64,000 bases of DNA. Origin: Candidatus Eiseniibacteriota bacterium (GTDB lineage: Bacteria > Eisenbacteria > RBG-16-71-46 > CAIMUX01 > VGJL01). Position numbers and translations under genes: made by a program. The stretch spans positions 352,001-416,000 of the forward strand of contig CAWBWI010000003.1 in the NCBI GenBank assembly GCA_963792585.1. Direction: 5' to 3'. Shown in pieces: positions 10,838-22,693 of the stretch; positions within the stretch are counted from its first letter, which is position 1; each line of letters opens with the position of its first letter. The notes below the pieces were generated by a model that saw only the letters and a list, made by a program, of their open reading frames with translations, was not told the DNA's origin and did no database searches.

Positions 10838-12577
10838 CTATCGAATCACTTCGCGCTCCGCGTAGCGCGTGTGCAGCAGGTGGTGGCTCTTCTCCCCCAG
10901 CGGTTCGCCAGGAACTCCTCGTACAGCCGCTGGATCGCCGGGTTCGCGTGCGACGCTCGGATCTGGCCGTCCCGGTCGATCACGTAGAGCGCCTGCATGC
11001 GCTGCGCGGACCGCGTCGGCATTGATGCGCCGCGGCTGGCCGCCGCCGCCGATGCAGCCGCCCGGGCAGGTCATGACCTCGATGAAGTGCAGGTCGCTTC
11101 GGCCGGCCCGGATCTGTTCGAGCAGCCGGCGGGCGTTCGCCAGCCCGCTGACCACGGCGACGCCCAACTCGAGTCCGCCGATGCGGACACGGATCTCCTT
11201 GACGCCGTCGAGGCCGCGGAGCGGCCTGCACGCTTGAGGTTCGTCCAGTTCCGGCCGGTCAAGCAGGAAGTGCGCCGTGCGCATCGCGGCCTCCATCACG
11301 CCGCCGGTCGCGCCGAAGAGCTTGCCGGCCGTGCGTGCGCTCGCCGAAGGGCGTGTCGGCGGCCTCCGGCTCGAGCCGTGGAGGATCGAGGCCGCGCATG
11401 CGGATGAGCTGGGCCAGCTCGCGCGTGGTCAGCACGGCGTCGATGTCGGGCCACGCCGTCGCGGCCCATCTCGGGCCGGCCGGCCTCGAACTTCTTCGCC
11501 GTGCACGGCATGATCGCCACGCTGAAGATCCGCTCGGGGTCGATGCCTTCGCGTTCGCGGCGAAGAAGCTCTTGATCACGGCGCCCAGCATCTGCTGCGG
11601 GCTCTTGCAGGTGGAGAGGTTGCGGGATGAGGTCGGGGTAGAACTGCTCGACGAACTTGATCCAGCCCGGCGAGCAGCTGGTCATCATCGGCAGCGTGCC
11701 GCCGTCGGCGATGCGATGGACCAGCTCCGAGGCCTCCTCCATGATCGTCAGGTCGGCGGAGAAGGCCGTGTCGAAGACGCGGTCGAAGCCGAGCCGCCGC
11801 AGGGCCGCGGTCATCGCGCCCGTCGACGTCGGCGCCGGGCTTGAGGCCGAACTCCTCGCCCAGGGTGACCGAGACCGCCGGCGCGTGCTGCACGACGACG
11901 ACCTTGCTCGGGGTCGGCGAGGGCCGCCAGCACTTCGCGGGAGCTGGCTGCTGCTCGGCCAGCGCGCCGGTCGGGCAGACCACGACGCACTGGCCGCAGT
12001 TGATGCAGCTCGAGACGTTGAGGCCCTCGTCGAACGCCGTGCCGACGCGCGGTCGCGATGCCGCGGCCGATGAAGTCGATCGCCGCCGACGCCTGCATCT
12101 CCTCGCACACCCGCACGCACTTGCCGCAGAGGATGCACTTCGCCGGGTCGCGGACGATCGACGGGCTCGAGACGTCCAGCGTCGCCGGCATTCTTCCGGC
12201 CGACGAAGCGCCGCTGCCGGACGCCGAGCTCCGCCGCCAGGTCCTGCAGCTCGCAGTCGCCGTTGCGCGCGCAGTAGAGGCAGTCGTCGGGGTGGTTGGC
12301 GAGCAGCAGCTCGACGATCGTGCGCGCGGGCGTTCGACGGCCCGCGGCGAGTGCGTCCGGACCTTCATGCCCGTCGGCGACCGGGAAGGCGCAGCTCGGC
12401 ACGAGGCCGCGCTGGCCTTCGACCTCGACGACGCACATCCGGCAGGCGCCGCTCGGCGGGAGGCCGTCCATGGTGGCACAGCGTGGGCACGCGTGATGCC
12501 GGCGCGCCGGAGCGCCGCGAGCAGCATCTCGCCCGGCTTGGCCTCGATCGTGCGGCCGTTGACTTCAGATCATGCAT
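10838..12577 (-). CDS. hydA: Group A [FeFe]-hydrogenase catalytic subunit (many frameshifts; start approximate)
   Basis: H-cluster motifs MTSCSPGW, IMPCTAKKFE and EVMTCPGGCIGGGG; N-terminal GACRMCVVE, HPDDCLYC..NGDC and KCILCGKCVRVC; C-terminal HHLLHTRY. Confidence 0.92.
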
Positions 12578-12595
12578 CGGCTCAGTACTCCGTTC

Positions 12596-14596
12596 TCAGT
12601 TGCGCCGAGGACTGCCATGCGAGACCGACAGGCGTCCACGCAGCTGCCGCAGCCGATGCACTTGTCCGGGACGATGTAGTGCGGGCTCTTCGGCGCGCCG
12701 ACGATCGCCTCCGCCGGGCACTTCTTCACGCAGACGCCGCAGCCCTTGCACAGCTCGGCGTCGATGGCGTAGACGAGCAGCTCCGTGCAGACGCTGCGCG
12801 GGGCAGTGGCGGTCGTAGATGTGCGCCTCGTACTCGTCGCGGAACCAGCGCAGCGTGCTCGAGCACCGGGTTCGGCGCCGTCTGGCCCAGGCCGCAGAGG
12901 CTCGTGTCCTGGATCACCCTTGGCCAGACTCCGCAGGTGCATGACGCCCTGGAAGCGCTCGAGCGCGCTCGAGTGCCCGTCTCGCTGCGCCGGCCGCGGG
13001 TGATCGCTTCGAGGATCTCCAGCATGCGCCGCGTGCCCTCGCGGCACGGGATGCACTTGCCGCAGCTCTCGCGCTGGATGAAGTCCATGAAGAACTTCGC
13101 CACGTCGACCATGCAGGTGTCTTCGTCCATGACGACCAGGCCGCCGGAGCCCATCATCGCGCCGACGGTCTTCAGCGACTCGTAGTCGATCTCGATGTCG
13201 AGGTGCTGCTCGGGGATGCAGCCGCCCGACGGGCCGCCGATCTGCACGGCCTTGTAGGCCTGGCCGCCGGGGATGCCGCCGCCGATGTCGAAGACGATCT
13301 GGCGCAGCGTCGTGCCCATGGCGACTTCGACCAGGCCGGTGCGCGCCACCTTGCCCGACAGGGCGAAGACCTTCGTGCCCTTGCTCGTTGCGGTGCCGAC
13401 CGCGGCGAACCACTCCGGCGCCGTTGGCGACGATGCCCGGGACGTTGGCCAGGGTCTCGACGTTGTTGATGACCGTCGGCTTGCCGAACAAGCCCCTGGA
13501 CGGCCGGGAACGGCGGCCGCGGGCGCGGCATGCCGCGTCTGGCCTTCGATGCTGTGGATCAGCGCCGTCTCCTCGCCGCACACGAACGCGCCCGCGCCCA
13601 TCTTGATGACGATGTCGAGGCTGAAGCCGCTGTCGAGGATGTTCTCGCCGAGCAGGCCGACTGCCTTCGCCTGGGCGATGGCGCGGCGCAGCCGCGCGAT
13701 CGCCAGCGGATACTCGGCGCGGATGTAGACGTAGGCCTTGGTCGCGCCGATGGCGTAGGCCGCGATGGCCATGCCTTCGAGCAGGCGGTGCGGATCGCCC
13801 TCGATGACCGCGCGGTCCATGAACGCGCCGGGGTCGCCCTCGTCCGCGTTGCAGATCAGGTACTTCTGGTCGCTCGGCGGTCTTGCGGGCGAACTTCCAC
13901 TTCTTGCCGGTGGGGAAGCCGCCGCCGCCGCGGCCGCGCAGCCCGCTCCTCTCGACGAGGTCGGCAGACTTCCCCCGGCGTCATCGTGACGGAGCGTCTT
14001 CGCCAGCGCACGGTAGCCGCCGCGGGCGATCGCGCATCGATCGAGGCTGGATCGATGACGCCGCAGTTGGCCAGCACCCAGCGCGTCTGCGGCGCGAAGA
14101 AGGGGTGCTCGTCGAGGAACGGGACGCCGGGCCAGGGCTCGAGCGTCGCTCCTGTGCTGGCCAGCGGATCTCCGTGGGCGCCATGCCCGAGAAGACGACG
14201 TCCAGGAGCGGCGCCACCTTCTCCTCGGTGACGCGCTCGAAGCAGAGCCGGGCCCGCCCGGGCAGCTGGATGTCGACGAGCGGTTCTTCGAGGCACAGAG
14301 GCCGATGCAGCCGACTTCGACGATCTCCGCCGTGATTCCGTGCTCCTCGAGGTACGTGCGTGCGGCCGCGATCATCCGCGCCGCGCCCGCGCCGAGCCCG
14401 CACGTGCCGGTGCCCACGAAGATGACCGGGCGGACCTGCGCCTCGCACCGGGCCGACCCGACTCGCTCGTGATCGCGATGCGGCAGGCCTCGCCCTCGTG
14501 ACACAAGGGGCCTTCGGTCAGGCAACGAACCAGGTCGGCGCACGGGCGCTCGGCGCATGCCAGCACTCGGCGCAGCAGCGGCGCAGTTGTCGTCAT
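12596..14596 (-). CDS. hydB: NuoF-like NADH/FMN-binding hydrogenase subunit (many frameshifts; end approximate)
   Basis: CNADEGDPGAFMDR, GAGAFVCGEETAL, GGPSGGC, ESCGKCIPCREG, C-terminal 2x[4Fe-4S], and an N-terminal thioredoxin-like 2Fe-2S domain (GTCGLGAGA, GCIGLC). Confidence 0.92.
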
Positions 14597-15072
14597 CTCA
14601 GGCGACCTTCCTTCCGATAGTCCGCAATGATCCGGCCGATGCTGTCGGCCGTCACGCCCCGCGTGGAACTCGCCGTTGACCGCGATCACCGGCGCCAGAC
14701 CGCACGCGCCGAGGCAGGCCACGACCTCGAGGCTGAACAGTCCGTCGCGCGTCGTCTGGCCGGGCTTGATCTTCAGCGTCCGCTTGAGGCCTTCGAGGCG
14801 TCTGCGCGACCCTTCACGTGGCACGCCGTGCCGCGGCAGACCTGGATGTGGTAGCGGCCCAGCGGCTGGAAACGGAACTGGTTGTAGAACGTCGCCACGC
14901 CGTAGATCTTGCTGGCGGGGAGTCCGAGGTGCCGGCCGATCTGAAGGATCGACTCTCGCGAGAGGAAACCATCGACCCCTTGGACCTCCTGGAGTAGGGG
15001 AATCAACGAATCCCTGCGGGCATCGGGGAATCTGGCCAGGATCGAATCGAGGTCCTTCGTTTCGGTTCTCAT
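14593..15072 (-). CDS. hydC: NuoE-like 2Fe-2S hydrogenase subunit (frameshifted)
   Basis: LIPLLQEVQ, GVATFYNQF, VCRGTACHVKG, VACLGACGLAP. ATGA overlaps with rex and hydB. Confidence 0.92.
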
Positions 15073-15701
15073 GAGGCCCTCTGGATGACGCCCTTCCGGG
15101 CGAAGTAGGCGGCCTTCTCCAGCGCATAGGTGATGTCCCGCTGCTCGACGTGAACATCCGGCGGCAAGGAGAGATGCGTGGGAGCGTAGTTGACGATCGC
15201 GCGAACACCGGCGGCTACGAGTTGATCGGCGATCGTGTGGGCATCGATGGCCGGAACGGCGATGATCGCTGCGCGGATGTCCATCTCTCGAATGCGATCG
15301 ACCATCTCGACCAAGGGGTAGCAGCGGCATCCGTGGACGACCCGATGGACCTTCTGCTCGTCCTTGTCGAATGCGGCCGCAATCCAAAGCTTCGGCCTGC
15401 GTCCCGAGAAGTAGGCGATGATCGCACGACCGAGGTTTCCGAGACCGACAAGAGCCATTCCCTGCCCCTCCGGTTCGTCGAGACACTCGCCGATCTTGGA
15501 ATGGAGCATGGCAACGTCGTAGCCGCGCGCGGGGCTGCCGGAGACGCCGATGTTCATCAAGTCGCGTCGGACCTGCGCGGGTGTGCTTCCCGCCATGGCG
15601 GCAAGCTCATGGGAATAGAGCCTGCCCCCCCGCGACGGGGGAAACTTGTCCAATAGGTGCCGGTAGAGACTCAGCCTCTCGACCATGCGTTCGGAGATCA
15701 C
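15069..15701 (-). CDS. rex: Redox-sensing transcriptional repressor Rex
   Basis: ERLSLY, SHELA..AQVRRDL winged helix, GYDV, Rossmann VGLGNLGRA, IVNYAP. GTG start at 15701 with GGAGG ribosome-binding site at 15706-15710. Confidence 0.93.
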   Translation of the reverse strand: MISERMVERLSLYRHLLDKFPPSRGGRLYSHELAAMAGSTPAQVRRDLMNIGVSGSPARGYDVAMLHSKIGECLDEPEGQGMALVGLGNLGRAIIAYFSGRRPKLWIAAAFDKDEQKVHRVVHGCRCYPLVEMVDRIREMDIRAAIIAVPAIDAHTIADQLVAAGVRAIVNYAPTHLSLPPDVHVEQRDITYALEKAAYFARKGVIQRAS

Positions 15702-15733
15702 GCAGCCTCCCGAGTTCATCGCGATTTCCATTG

Positions 15734-15768
15734 CTGTGATCGTCATCACATTGTGAATCGGATCACAG
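15734..15768. promoter_or_regulatory. Two tandem Rex operator-like palindromes
   Basis: CTGTGAT-CGTC-ATCACAT (15734-15751) and TTGTGAA-TCGG-ATCACAG (15751-15768) resemble the Rex box TTGTGAA-N4-TTCACAA and lie just upstream of rex. Confidence 0.75.
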
Positions 15769-15899
15769 TTCTATTATCTTCACTACAATCACGATTGTCA
15801 ATCCGGCTATTCCCTAATACTTTGGATTTGTTGGGAGCTCGTCGAACTTGAGTAACATATTGGCTACAAATAGATTGGGCCTCAAGAATTGCGGAGTGC

Positions 15900-16916
15900 C
15901 TAGGCGAGGGGCCCGCCGCTCCGAGCGGCTGGGTCGGGTCGATCGACCTGGGAGTGACCGAGGCGCCGGCCCCCAAATCGGAGGGCTGAGAGCCGTCCAG
16001 GTGGAATTCGCGTCCACCTCAGGAGGGTGCGATGTAGCTTGGGGCCGAGCAACGAGCCGAGGGTTCCAATCCCGAGGCCGGCGATCACGTCGATGCCGTA
16101 GTGGAATCCGCAGTAGACGACACCGAAGAAGATCCCGGCGCTCAGGATTCCGATCAACGGAATCAAGGGTCGCTCGAAGCGACAAGTCATCCAGAGGACG
16201 GTGAGCGCGCCAGCGACATGGGAGCTGGGGAAAGCAGTTCCCCGACTCGCGCCCCCGGCCAGGATTCCGTGGACGATTCGGGGGAAGAGGCCCGTTCCAG
16301 CGTCGTTCTGGATGAAGACGTAGTAGGGCCCGGCGACCGGGAAGAGAATGAAGATCAGGTAGCACGTGAAGAAGGTGAGCATCACCGTCGTGGCAAAGAC
16401 TCGGCAGAGCTCTTCGCGGCCGCGTAGATAGAGTCGAAAACCCAAGATCGGAATGAGCGCGTAATAAGCGACGTACGAAAGATGCAGCAATTCGACGAGC
16501 AGGGTGCTGGGAAACCAGATGCGCAGCCAAACGCTCGGGAAAAGGCCGAAGAGGGCTTGCTCCCACTTCAGAACGACCGCGTCGCGGAATCCCGAATGGA
16601 AGATGTGGTTGAGCATCCCGACATCTCTGTAGAAGAAGGGGAGACCCCAGAGCGGATACGTATCGCGGAAGAACATGAAGAAGGCGTTGCCCCGCAGGGG
16701 CAGGGCCCCCAACAGAATAATCGAGAGAAAGATCCCGAAGTGGAGCAGGAGAAGCCCCCCGCCGCTTGGGATTCGTCGCCAACCGAAGAGAAGGAGGAGG
16801 ACCGTAAGCCCGAAGTACGCTCCCGTCATCAGATCCAGGGGGGTGTACCCGCGTCGAGGCGGAGCTTTGACGGGAATCAGCTCTTGGTGCGGAGCCAACC
16901 CTGGGTCTGATACCAA
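15900..16916 (-). CDS. PAP2-superfamily membrane phosphotransferase (AUR1/IPC-synthase-like)
   Basis: Multiple transmembrane helices with FPVAGP, AFPSSH and HYGIDVIAG catalytic motifs. Confidence 0.8.
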   Translation of the reverse strand: MVSDPGLAPHQELIPVKAPPRRGYTPLDLMTGAYFGLTVLLLLFGWRRIPSGGGLLLLHFGIFLSIILLGALPLRGNAFFMFFRDTYPLWGLPFFYRDVGMLNHIFHSGFRDAVVLKWEQALFGLFPSVWLRIWFPSTLLVELLHLSYVAYYALIPILGFRLYLRGREELCRVFATTVMLTFFTCYLIFILFPVAGPYYVFIQNDAGTGLFPRIVHGILAGGASRGTAFPSSHVAGALTVLWMTCRFERPLIPLIGILSAGIFFGVVYCGFHYGIDVIAGLGIGTLGSLLGPKLHRTLLRWTRIPPGRLSALRFGGRRLGHSQVDRPDPAARSGGPLA

Positions 16917-17904
16917 CGAATCGTCTCCTTCATGCCGTCGACGGTACGAACCGTGGGTCGAAAGCCAAAGTCATGGGCGGCCCGGTCCGACAGGCAGACC
17001 CAACAACTCTCCCGCATCTCACGAACCTTGCCGAAACTGACGAGAGGCGCGGCCCCCCCAAGGGCGGCGATGCACTCGCCGCAGGCGGCGGCGAGCCAAG
17101 CTGCGGCGATCGGGATGCGGACCTTGCGCAGGCGCTTTCCGAGTGTCCGGCCGACCAACTCCCCGATATCTTCCCACCGATGGGCCTCACCGTCACCCAC
17201 GACATACACGCCGCGCGCTTGGGGGCTCTCGAGCGCCTCCACGGTGGCGTCGACGAGGTCGGAGACGTGGATCATGCTGAACGTCGCGCCTTTCCGGGCG
17301 GGGATCGGGAACCAACCCCTCTGTGCCCAGCGCATGAGGACGAGGATCGCCTCGTCGCGAGGGCCATACACCGCGGGGGGACGGATGATCACCGTTCGCA
17401 CGCGATCGCGGAGGATGTCGAGACTGCGCTCCCCTGCGAGCTTGCTCTCTCCGTACGCGCTGACCGGCCGGGGCGGGTCGCTATCGCAGCACGTGAGGAA
17501 ACGGCGCGCGCATCTCTGCTGGCGCCGGGCCTGACGCCGCGAGGCTGCTGCAGTAGAGAAAGACTCCGGATGCCGTCGATGGGCGCTCTTTCGAGGAACG
17601 CCGACGCCAGTGATGCGGTCCCCTCCGCGTTCGCGTCGAGGAATTCCGCGTTCGAGCGCGCGCGCTGATCCGGCCGCCGAAGTGCAGGACGGCGCCCACG
17701 CCGTTGAGCGCGGCGCGCAGATCCGGCGGGGTCGCGCAGATCCGCAACGGCGAGCTCGACCGGCTTGCCCTCCGAGCCACCGAAGATTGCTCGTCCGCCG
17801 CACGAGAACGCGGACACGATATCCCCGCTCGAGGAGCCGGTCGACGACGTGGCTGCCGACGAAGCCGGTGGCTCCGGTGACGAGGATCGAGCGGCGCCGG
17901 ACAC
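16877..17904 (-). CDS. NAD-dependent epimerase/dehydratase, candidate ceramide reductase (frameshifted)
   Basis: VTGATGFVGSH recovered across frames, YGESK catalytic motif, RPPAVYGPRD, IHVSDL. Confidence 0.8.
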
Positions 17905-17908
17905 GGAT

Positions 17909-19055
17909 CTACGCTCGATCGGATCGAGCGCTCGTAGAATCGATAGGTCTTGTACACCCTCGCGCCGATCCGCTCGAGCGGCCTGCGGATCGCCATGTTG
18001 TCCTCCAGGATCCAGGAGAACTCTCCCTCCGTAGTACCCCTTTCGGGTTCCGTTTCGGATGAGGGTGAGGTAGAGAAGAACGTCGAGCCCGCGGCCCCGA
18101 TACTCCTTTAGGAGACCGAGGACGAGGACGCGCACCTTGTGGATGTGCCGCGCGTGATAGAGGATCTTGAGCAGCCCAAACGGGAAGAGTCGGCCGTTCG
18201 CGTGGCGCACCGCCTGGTTCACGTCGGGAAGCGCGAGGGCGAAGCCGATCGGCTCGCCGTCCTTCTCGAGGAAGAGAACGATCATCGGGATCGATGACCG
18301 GTTTCAGGGACTTCGCCATGTGGGCGATCTCCTCGTCGGTCATCGGCACGAAGCCCCAATTCCGCTCCCACGCCTGGTTGTACACGAGGCGCGACATCGA
18401 TCGACCTCCACTCGCAGGTGCTTCATGTCGATCTTGCGGATCGTGACGCCCTTCGCGCTGGGCGATCTCGTCCGCGAAGCTTCTGGAGCCGCTCGCGGAA
18501 TCTCGGATCTGTGGACGATAGTAGGCGACGAGGTCCTTCACCTTCGCGAAACCCGGCCGCCTCGATCAGGTCGGGGTAGTAGCGGGGGATTGTACGGCAT
18601 CATCACGCGGGCGTGCGAGTCGAAGCCGTCGATGAGCATCGCGCACTCCTCGTTGGTGGAGAAGTTGGCCGGGCCCGCGCAGGCGGTCCATCCCGCGCTC
18701 GCCGCCAATAGCGCGCGGCCGTCTCGAGCAGGGCGCCCGAAACGGCCGGATCGTCGATCGACTCGAAGAAGCCGAAGAAGCCGGTCTTCTCGTCGGCGAA
18801 CTCAGTTGTGGTGGTGGTTGACGATCGCCGCGATCCGTCCCGACCGGCTCGCCGTGCCGGCGCGCGAGGAAGAGCTCCACCTCGGCGTGCTTGGAAGAAC
18901 GGGTTCTTCGCGGGATCGAGCATCTTCTTCGTGTCCCCGATCAAGGGCGGCACCCAGTTCGGGTCGCCCCGGTAGATCTTCCAGGGAAGCATGACGAAGC
19001 GGTCGAGGTCCCGCTCGCCCTTGACGGATGTGATTTCGACGTTGGGGATCGGCAT
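17909..19055 (-). CDS. GNAT-fold acyltransferase, bacterial ceramide synthase (bCerS)-like (frameshifted)
   Basis: LPWKIYRGDPNWVPPL, NPFF, GRIAAI, GFFGFFES, YNQAWERNWGFVP, LPDVNQ, YKTYRFYE. Confidence 0.75.
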
Positions 19056-19206
19056 GACGTGGGAGGATACGGGCCCTTCGCCGGCACGGCAACGGGAAGT
19101 CACGCTCGGGGGTCGATCAAGATCCGGGTCGTCCTACAGCGTTCCGGCCCGATTCATGCTATACTGCGACGGTCAACCCTGCGGACAACCCTCGAGAGAA
19201 GGATCC

Positions 19207-21993
19207 ATGGAAGCACTCGATCTGCGAGAGAAGATTGCGGAGGCGTCCGGCGCCTCGTTACAGGAGGGTTCGCCCGAACCGTTTCAATCTCTCGACCGAC
19301 TTCTGGACGCGGTCGAGGAGACACGCCAACTCCAAGGCCTCGCCGACATCACCGGCGAGGCCTTGACCGTTCAGAAGGTGGACCCCGCGCGAGCTCTACC
19401 TCCACGGCTTCTCCCTCGTTCGACTCGGCAAGCCCGACGACGCGGTCAAGGTCCTCGTCTCGCTCTGCGGTAAGCTCGAGCAGGAGGCGCGCTGGGACGA
19501 TCCTCGCCGTCCTCCTCCCGCGGGTGCTCGAGTCGGCCCCGTCGGTCGAGTCCGCGCGCTCCCTCGCAAAGGTCGGCGAGACGGTTGGCGTGGACAAGGT
19601 CGACCCCGAGGTCCTCTCGAGCGGGCCTACGAGCTCTACCCGGACGAGGAGCGGCTCGCCTACCTGATGGGCGAGCAGGCAGCCGCCGCGGGCGGATCGG
19701 AGGAAGCAGTCGGACTACTGGGCCGAGAGCCTCGACGGCTTCGTCGGTCTGAAACGGTACGACCGGATCGAGGAGATCATCCTGAAGGTCGCCGACTCGA
19801 CAAGCCCGAACACCAGCGACACGTCCTGAACGTGCTCCATCGTCTCGCCGACCAGAACCAGTGGCACCGTCTCGGCTCGTTCCTCGATCTTGCCCTGCCC
19901 GGGATCCGGAATCGCGGGCTCATCGGCGACCTTTGGAAGCTCGTTCTGCACGTCTTCCCGAAGGCGCCGGAGGAAGCGGCCTGCGCAAGTGGATCCGGAC
20001 CCTCGCGCCCGAGGCGTTCCCGGAGGCGGACGGGATCCTCGACCTTCTCGGCCGTTCGGGCATTCTCGATCCGCAGATCCGCATCGAAGTCTCGATCAAG
20101 CAGCTCGAGACGCTGCTCGGAGTTCGCCCCCGGTTTCCGTGTCTTGCACGCCTCATGGGGGATCGGCAAGGTCGCGCTGAACGACGGCGACACGCTCGTG
20201 GTCGATTTCAAAGAGACGAAGAACCACCGGATGAAGCTTGACGCTTGCCCGGCGCGCGCTGATCGTCATGGCGCCCGACGATCTTCGGGTGCTGCAGGCG
20301 GAGGGCCCCGACGAGCTGAAGCGGCTGATCAAGGAGGAGCCGGCCGAGGTGATCGTCCGCACCCTGCGGCTGCTGCGAGGGGAGGCGACCACGCAGGATC
20401 TTCGCCGCACCCTGACGGGTCAGGGGATCATCTGCGACGCCGGGCTGGACGAGCTGGTGGAAGGATGCGCGGGCCGCGCTGGAGAAGGATGATCGGATCG
20501 ATCTCTCGCAGTCTTCCGGCAGGTCTACCGGCTTGAGGGCCGAGGGAGACGACGGCGACGAGCAGATGCAACTGCCCACCATCGAGCCGCGGCGCGGGAT
20601 CCGGCCGAACCTGAACCTGCTTCGCCGGTTCCTCGAGCAACATCCTGACGAAACGGCGCGTGCAGCCCGCATGTACACGGCCATTCTCGAGCGATGGGCG
20701 CGGGATGAGAAGACGTCGGCGGAGGACTGTCTGGCGGTTCATCTCCAGCTCTACCGCTGGCGTCGGGAGATCCGCGAGGACTTCGCGCGCGCGGTTTCCA
20801 GGGCTGCCGAGGCTGGCGTTGAGATGTCGGCCTACTCCGATCCCGAGGATCAGAAGCTCATCGCCGAGGCTGCCGTCACCTCGGATGCCTCATGGAAGGA
20901 CGGCTGTCTCTTTGTCCTCTCCGCCCGCTCGGCGGAGATCCGCGAGGTCGCGCGCGAGCGGATGCGCGGGGACCCGGCGGGGGCCCAGTCCTTCCTGAAC
21001 GAACTGCTGCGGGATCCGACCGCGCGGCCGTTGGCCACGCTCGCGGTCATCGACCTCGTCCTCGATGAGACACAGGAGCCCTTCACGCCGGAACCGTGGC
21101 TCGCGGCCCTCGCCGCGACCCTTCTGATCGACGGCGCGAACAAGGAGCCGTTGCGCAAGCAGGCCCTTTCGATTCTCCGTCCCCACGGCCCCCTCGCCGA
21201 GCGGCTACGGGACTGCGAGACGCCGTATGGAAACGCCGAGCGCTGGACCGTCGTCCTCCGCCGCTGGCGGGCATCGGAACGATATCTCCAGCCGGTGCTC
21301 GAATTCCTTCGTGCCGCCGGGCACGCGGAGCTGGTCCAGGAGGTCGTCAGCGCGCACGCGGAGCGGACCGACAAGGCGCTCGGCGGTGCGGCTTCGGCTT
21401 CCGCTGTCGACTACCGAGGTCATCTGATGGCGCGCGCAACGATCCAGAAGCTCGTACACGAGCGTAACCAACTCGTGTGGGATCTGAAGAACGTCGTCTC
21501 GAAGGCGATCCAGCGGGCACGCGAATTCGGAGACCTGAGCGAGAACGCCGAGTACGACGCCGCGAAGATGAAGCAGGCCGACCACGCGCGACGGATCGCC
21601 GAGATCAGCCGAAGGCTGGCCGAGGCGAAGGCGATCGAGAACCTGGCAATTCCCGATGACGAGGTGGCGCCGGGGACCGAGATCCACGTCGAGGACGTCG
21701 TCACGCGGGACAAACGGGTCCTTTGGCTCCTGGGCGAAGGAGACGACTGGCTCGGGCCGGAGGTGATCTCCTACGTCGCGCCTCTGGGGCGGAGCCTGAT
21801 CGGCAAGCGGGTCGGGGAGCGGGTGAGCGTGGTCGGTTCCGATAGCGTCCACGAGCTTCTGATCCGCGGCATTGCGAAGAGGCTTCCGCAGGTGGCGGAA
21901 GAGACGACGCCTGCGGATCTCGAGGTCACCGACCAGGACGTTCGCGAGGTCGTCGAGGGGATCGGGGAGGCGGGTGTCGGTCCCACCGCCTAG
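19207..21993 (+). CDS. Large protein with a C-terminal GreA/GreB domain (frameshifts in the 5' part)
   Basis: C-terminal AREFGDLSENAEYDAAK and ISYVAPLGRSLIGK. Upstream helical fragments continue across frames from ATG 19207. Confidence 0.8.
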
Positions 21994-22693
21994 GTGCTCC
22001 GGCTATCGCGCCATCCTCTTCGATCTTGACGGAACTCTTGTCGAGACGCGGCAGGATATCGCCGCAGGCGTGAACGTGATGCTCGCCGATCGCCGACTCG
22101 GCCCTCTATCCGTCGACGAAGTGAGCCGGCACGTCGGTCGCGGCGCGCGGGTGCTCGTGACCCGTTGCCTCGCCGCTTGCGGGGTGGACTCTCCATCGGA
22201 AGAGACGATCGACGCCGCCTACGCCGGCTTCCACGGCGCTTACTCCGCCCGTCTCCTCGACACGACGCTGCCGTATCCGGGAATCGAAGAAATGTGCGCC
22301 CGTCTCGACGGGGCCGGAATCGCGATGGCGATCGTCTCCAACAAGCCCGAGGATCTGTCGCGACGGATCCTCGAAGGGCTGGGGCTTGCGCGATTCTTCC
22401 CCGTGGTCCTCGGCGGCGACAGCCTACCCGTGCGCAAGCCGGATCCCGCCCCGCTTCTCCATGCTCTCACCCTCATGGGGGTCGATGCGAACGCCGGCGC
22501 TCGGAATCCGGATGGGGCTCTGATGGTGGGCGATTCGGTGGTCGACGTCCAGGCCGCCCGCGCTGCAGGGTTGCCCGTTGCGGTCGTGACGTGGGGATTC
22601 GGCTCGCGGGAAGAACTCCTGGCAGCGGGGCCGGATCGACTCGTTGCCGACGCCGAAGAGCTGACCGGCTGGATTCTTTTCGGGAGATCGTAA
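21974..22693 (+). CDS. HAD hydrolase, phosphoglycolate phosphatase-like
   Basis: FDLDGTL, IVSNK, RKPDP, MVGDS..D. GTG start after GGAGG. Confidence 0.88.
   Translation: MSVPPPRCSGYRAILFDLDGTLVETRQDIAAGVNVMLADRRLGPLSVDEVSRHVGRGARVLVTRCLAACGVDSPSEETIDAAYAGFHGAYSARLLDTTLPYPGIEEMCARLDGAGIAMAIVSNKPEDLSRRILEGLGLARFFPVVLGGDSLPVRKPDPAPLLHALTLMGVDANAGARNPDGALMVGDSVVDVQAARAAGLPVAVVTWGFGSREELLAAGPDRLVADAEELTGWILFGRS

Noticed and set aside
8420..20540. Mass pseudogenisation or programmed frameshifting of the hydrogenase, lipid and greA genes
   Set aside because: Indels are dense across unrelated adjacent genes while catalytic motifs stay intact, which fits low-coverage long-read errors. The same applies to 26.6-31.2 kb and kbl.
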